30,345 nucleotides of DNA from Myxococcales bacterium (GTDB taxonomy: Bacteria; Myxococcota_A; UBA9042): assembly GCA_037441385.1 (NCBI GenBank), contig JBBISH010000083.1, forward strand, positions 1 through 30,345, in the 5' to 3' direction. Shown here one piece after another: positions 28,601 to 30,345 of this stretch. The notes under the pieces were generated by a model. That model had not been told where the DNA came from. It worked only from the letters and a program-made list of their open reading frames with translations, and made no database searches. How positions within the stretch are numbered: position 1 is the stretch's first letter; every line of letters starts with the position of its first letter. Both the position numbers and the translations under genes were made by a program.

Positions 28601-30041
28601 CGTCGCAGTTCTTGGTGACGCCGCCGCAGCCGCCGCCGGCGCAGATATCATTCGAAGTGCACGGGTTTTTGTCGTCGCACGCGGCCGCGTTGGGCGTGAA
28701 CACGCATCCGGCTGCCGGGGTGCAGCTGTCGTCGGTGCAGGGGTTGCCGTCGCTGCAGCTCAAGTCGGGTGTGCCCTGGCACTGGCCCTTGCTGCAGGTG
28801 GACTGCGAGGTACAGGCGTTGCTGTCGTCGCACGCCTTGCCGTCGGCCAGGGCCTTGGTGCCGCACTGGCCGGTCGCCGGGTCGCAAGCGGCCACCGCGC
28901 AGGCAGAATCGCCCGAGCTGTCGCAGACCACCGCCAGCTTGGGGTCGGCCACGCAGTTGCCGGCCTGGCAGGTCAGCGGGCCAAGGCAGGGGTTGCTGCC
29001 CTTGCCCACGCAGTCCGCGTCCGTGCCGCACGTGCACGACGGGTTGCCGGCGCAGATGCCGCCCGCTTTGCAGATGTCAGAGGTGGTGCAGGCATTGCCG
29101 TCGTCGCAGCCCACGTCGGCCACGCTGCCCGAGACCACGCAACCCTTGCCCTGTTCGCAGCTTTGTTGGGTGCAGGGGTTGCCGTCGTCGCACAGGCTGT
29201 TGTCGGGTGTGTTCTTGCAGCCCTTGGCGGGGTCGCAGGTGTCTTTGGTGCATTCGATGCCGTCCGAGCAGGTGACTGGTTGGCCTTTGCAGGTGCCGGC
29301 GACGCACGCCTCGCTGCCGGTGCAGGGATTGCCGTCGTCGCAGGTGATGCCCAGGTCGGTGAACGGATCGTGGCGCACCTCAAAGCCTTGATTGCAGTAA
29401 TCTTTGGTGCAGGGGTTGCCGTCTTCGTAGTCGGTGGCGCTGGCGTCTTGGCACAGGCCGACTGCGCACTTTTTGCCGCACACGCCCAGGCCGCAGGCCG
29501 TGCCGTCAGCGGTGTTGACAAGGGCGCACTTACCCGACTCATTGCATTGGGTTGTTTGACACTCGCTCGCGTTCAGACTGTTGTCAATGCAGGATGTTCC
29601 GGCGGGCTTGCTGCCAAGGGTGCACAGTCCGGCTTTGCAGACCGGCGGTTGGCACGGGTTCTTGCTGTCCACGATGCCGACGCAGTCAAAGTCCGTCACG
29701 CACTAGGCGCCGCTCTCTGCCACGGTCTCGCCCGGCAGACTGTCCACACCGGTCACCAGATCGCTGCTGCCGTCTTGGCTGATTGGGCCGCCCGTGTCTG
29801 TCCCCGCGCCAGTGGTCGCCGGTTCGATCTGCACTTGACCGCAGCCCGCGCAAGTGGCCACAACCAGACAGATCGCCGCTAGGGCCTGTGGAAGAAGAAG
29901 TCGATCGTTCGCGTACGCGCGGAGCGGTGCGACGCCCAGCAGGGGCGCGCACTTGCGACCCACCCAGCAGCGGCAAAGGGCCCGCCAAAATCGACTAGAT
30001 TCTACGCGGGCCCTTTCCCAAGTCCTGAATTGCAGCTTCAT
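25605..30041 (-). CDS. Second giant Cys-rich secreted/lipoprotein (CDDGNPCT repeats, beta-rich C-terminal domain) with an in-frame TAG at 29703-29705; true start uncertain
   Basis: ORFs 29703..30086 and 25605..29699 are in the same frame (GCC TAG TGC GTG ACG); the upstream part supplies a hydrophobic leader and CAGC lipobox. Confidence 0.8.
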
Positions 30042-30131
30042 CGCCGTGCCTCGCACGCCCCAAGGGCAGCGATCAAGGTACTGCATTGCTCACTGCGATG
30101 CCAAGGGTTGGTTGGGCCCCGATCCGCCGCC

Positions 30132-30228
30132 TTGGGCGCAACTCGGCGTTGCTGCGTCGCTACTCTTGATGCGGCGACTGCTAGGTCGCCTCCGTCGCTC
30201 CGCTCCTTGCGCCTTGATTTGCATCCAG
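30132..30228. repeat. Imperfect long stem-loop, REP/MITE-like
   Basis: Outer TGGGCGCAA..GGCG / CGCC..TTGCATCCA; inner GGCGAC-TGCTAG-GTCGCC. Confidence 0.4.
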
Positions 30229-30253
30229 GGGTCCTCGTGGTGGCCGCAGGCCA

Positions 30254-30280
30254 GAAAAGCAGTCCAGTGGACTGCTTTTC
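30254..30280. repeat. Perfect 13-bp inverted repeat (REP-like palindrome or bidirectional terminator)
   Basis: GAAAAGCAGTCCA-G-TGGACTGCTTTTC. Confidence 0.8.
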
Positions 30281-30345
30281 AGCGGGGATCGGCGGCCGGG
30301 GCGAATTTCGGTGGTGGATCCTGGTGGGGGGCTACTTCTACTGCG

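Noticed and set aside
29703..29705. Pyrrolysine or alternative genetic code
   Set aside because: No pyl genes in view, and TAG terminates several conserved genes in this window at the expected positions.

Overview
GC-rich bacterial DNA. The giant Cys-rich lipoproteins suggest Myxococcota or a related delta-like lineage (inference). The left ~12.4 kb is a tandem stack of mobile elements at a tRNA-Thr(CGT) integration site. (i) A phage-satellite/PICI-like element (tyrosine integrase, unknown ORF, alpA, prim-pol, P-loop replication ATPase, small ORF) ends at a 44-bp tRNA 3'-half. (ii) An integrase-less 4.3-kb cassette, bracketed by two identical 44-bp tRNA halves, carries a translationally coupled AbiEi-like/AbiEii/AEP-primase-SF2-helicase operon with a 1-bp frameshift in the last gene. 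(iii) A decayed third unit has the same left-end motifs, a hypothetical gene and a paralogous helicase 3' fragment. The right part looks chromosomal: a 1736-aa Cys-rich/EGF/FG-GAP/Kazal lipoprotein, gdhA divergent from a receiver-domain + PEP-synthase-type ATP-grasp protein, a GreA/B-like gene, a broken amidase, an EEP lipoprotein, and a second giant Cys-rich protein split by an in-frame TAG. Non-coding features include 11-bp-spaced arm-like repeats, opposed iterons, a triple TGACT-N4-GGTCA array and a dispersed REP-like motif. All calls come from motif reading only; no searches were run.
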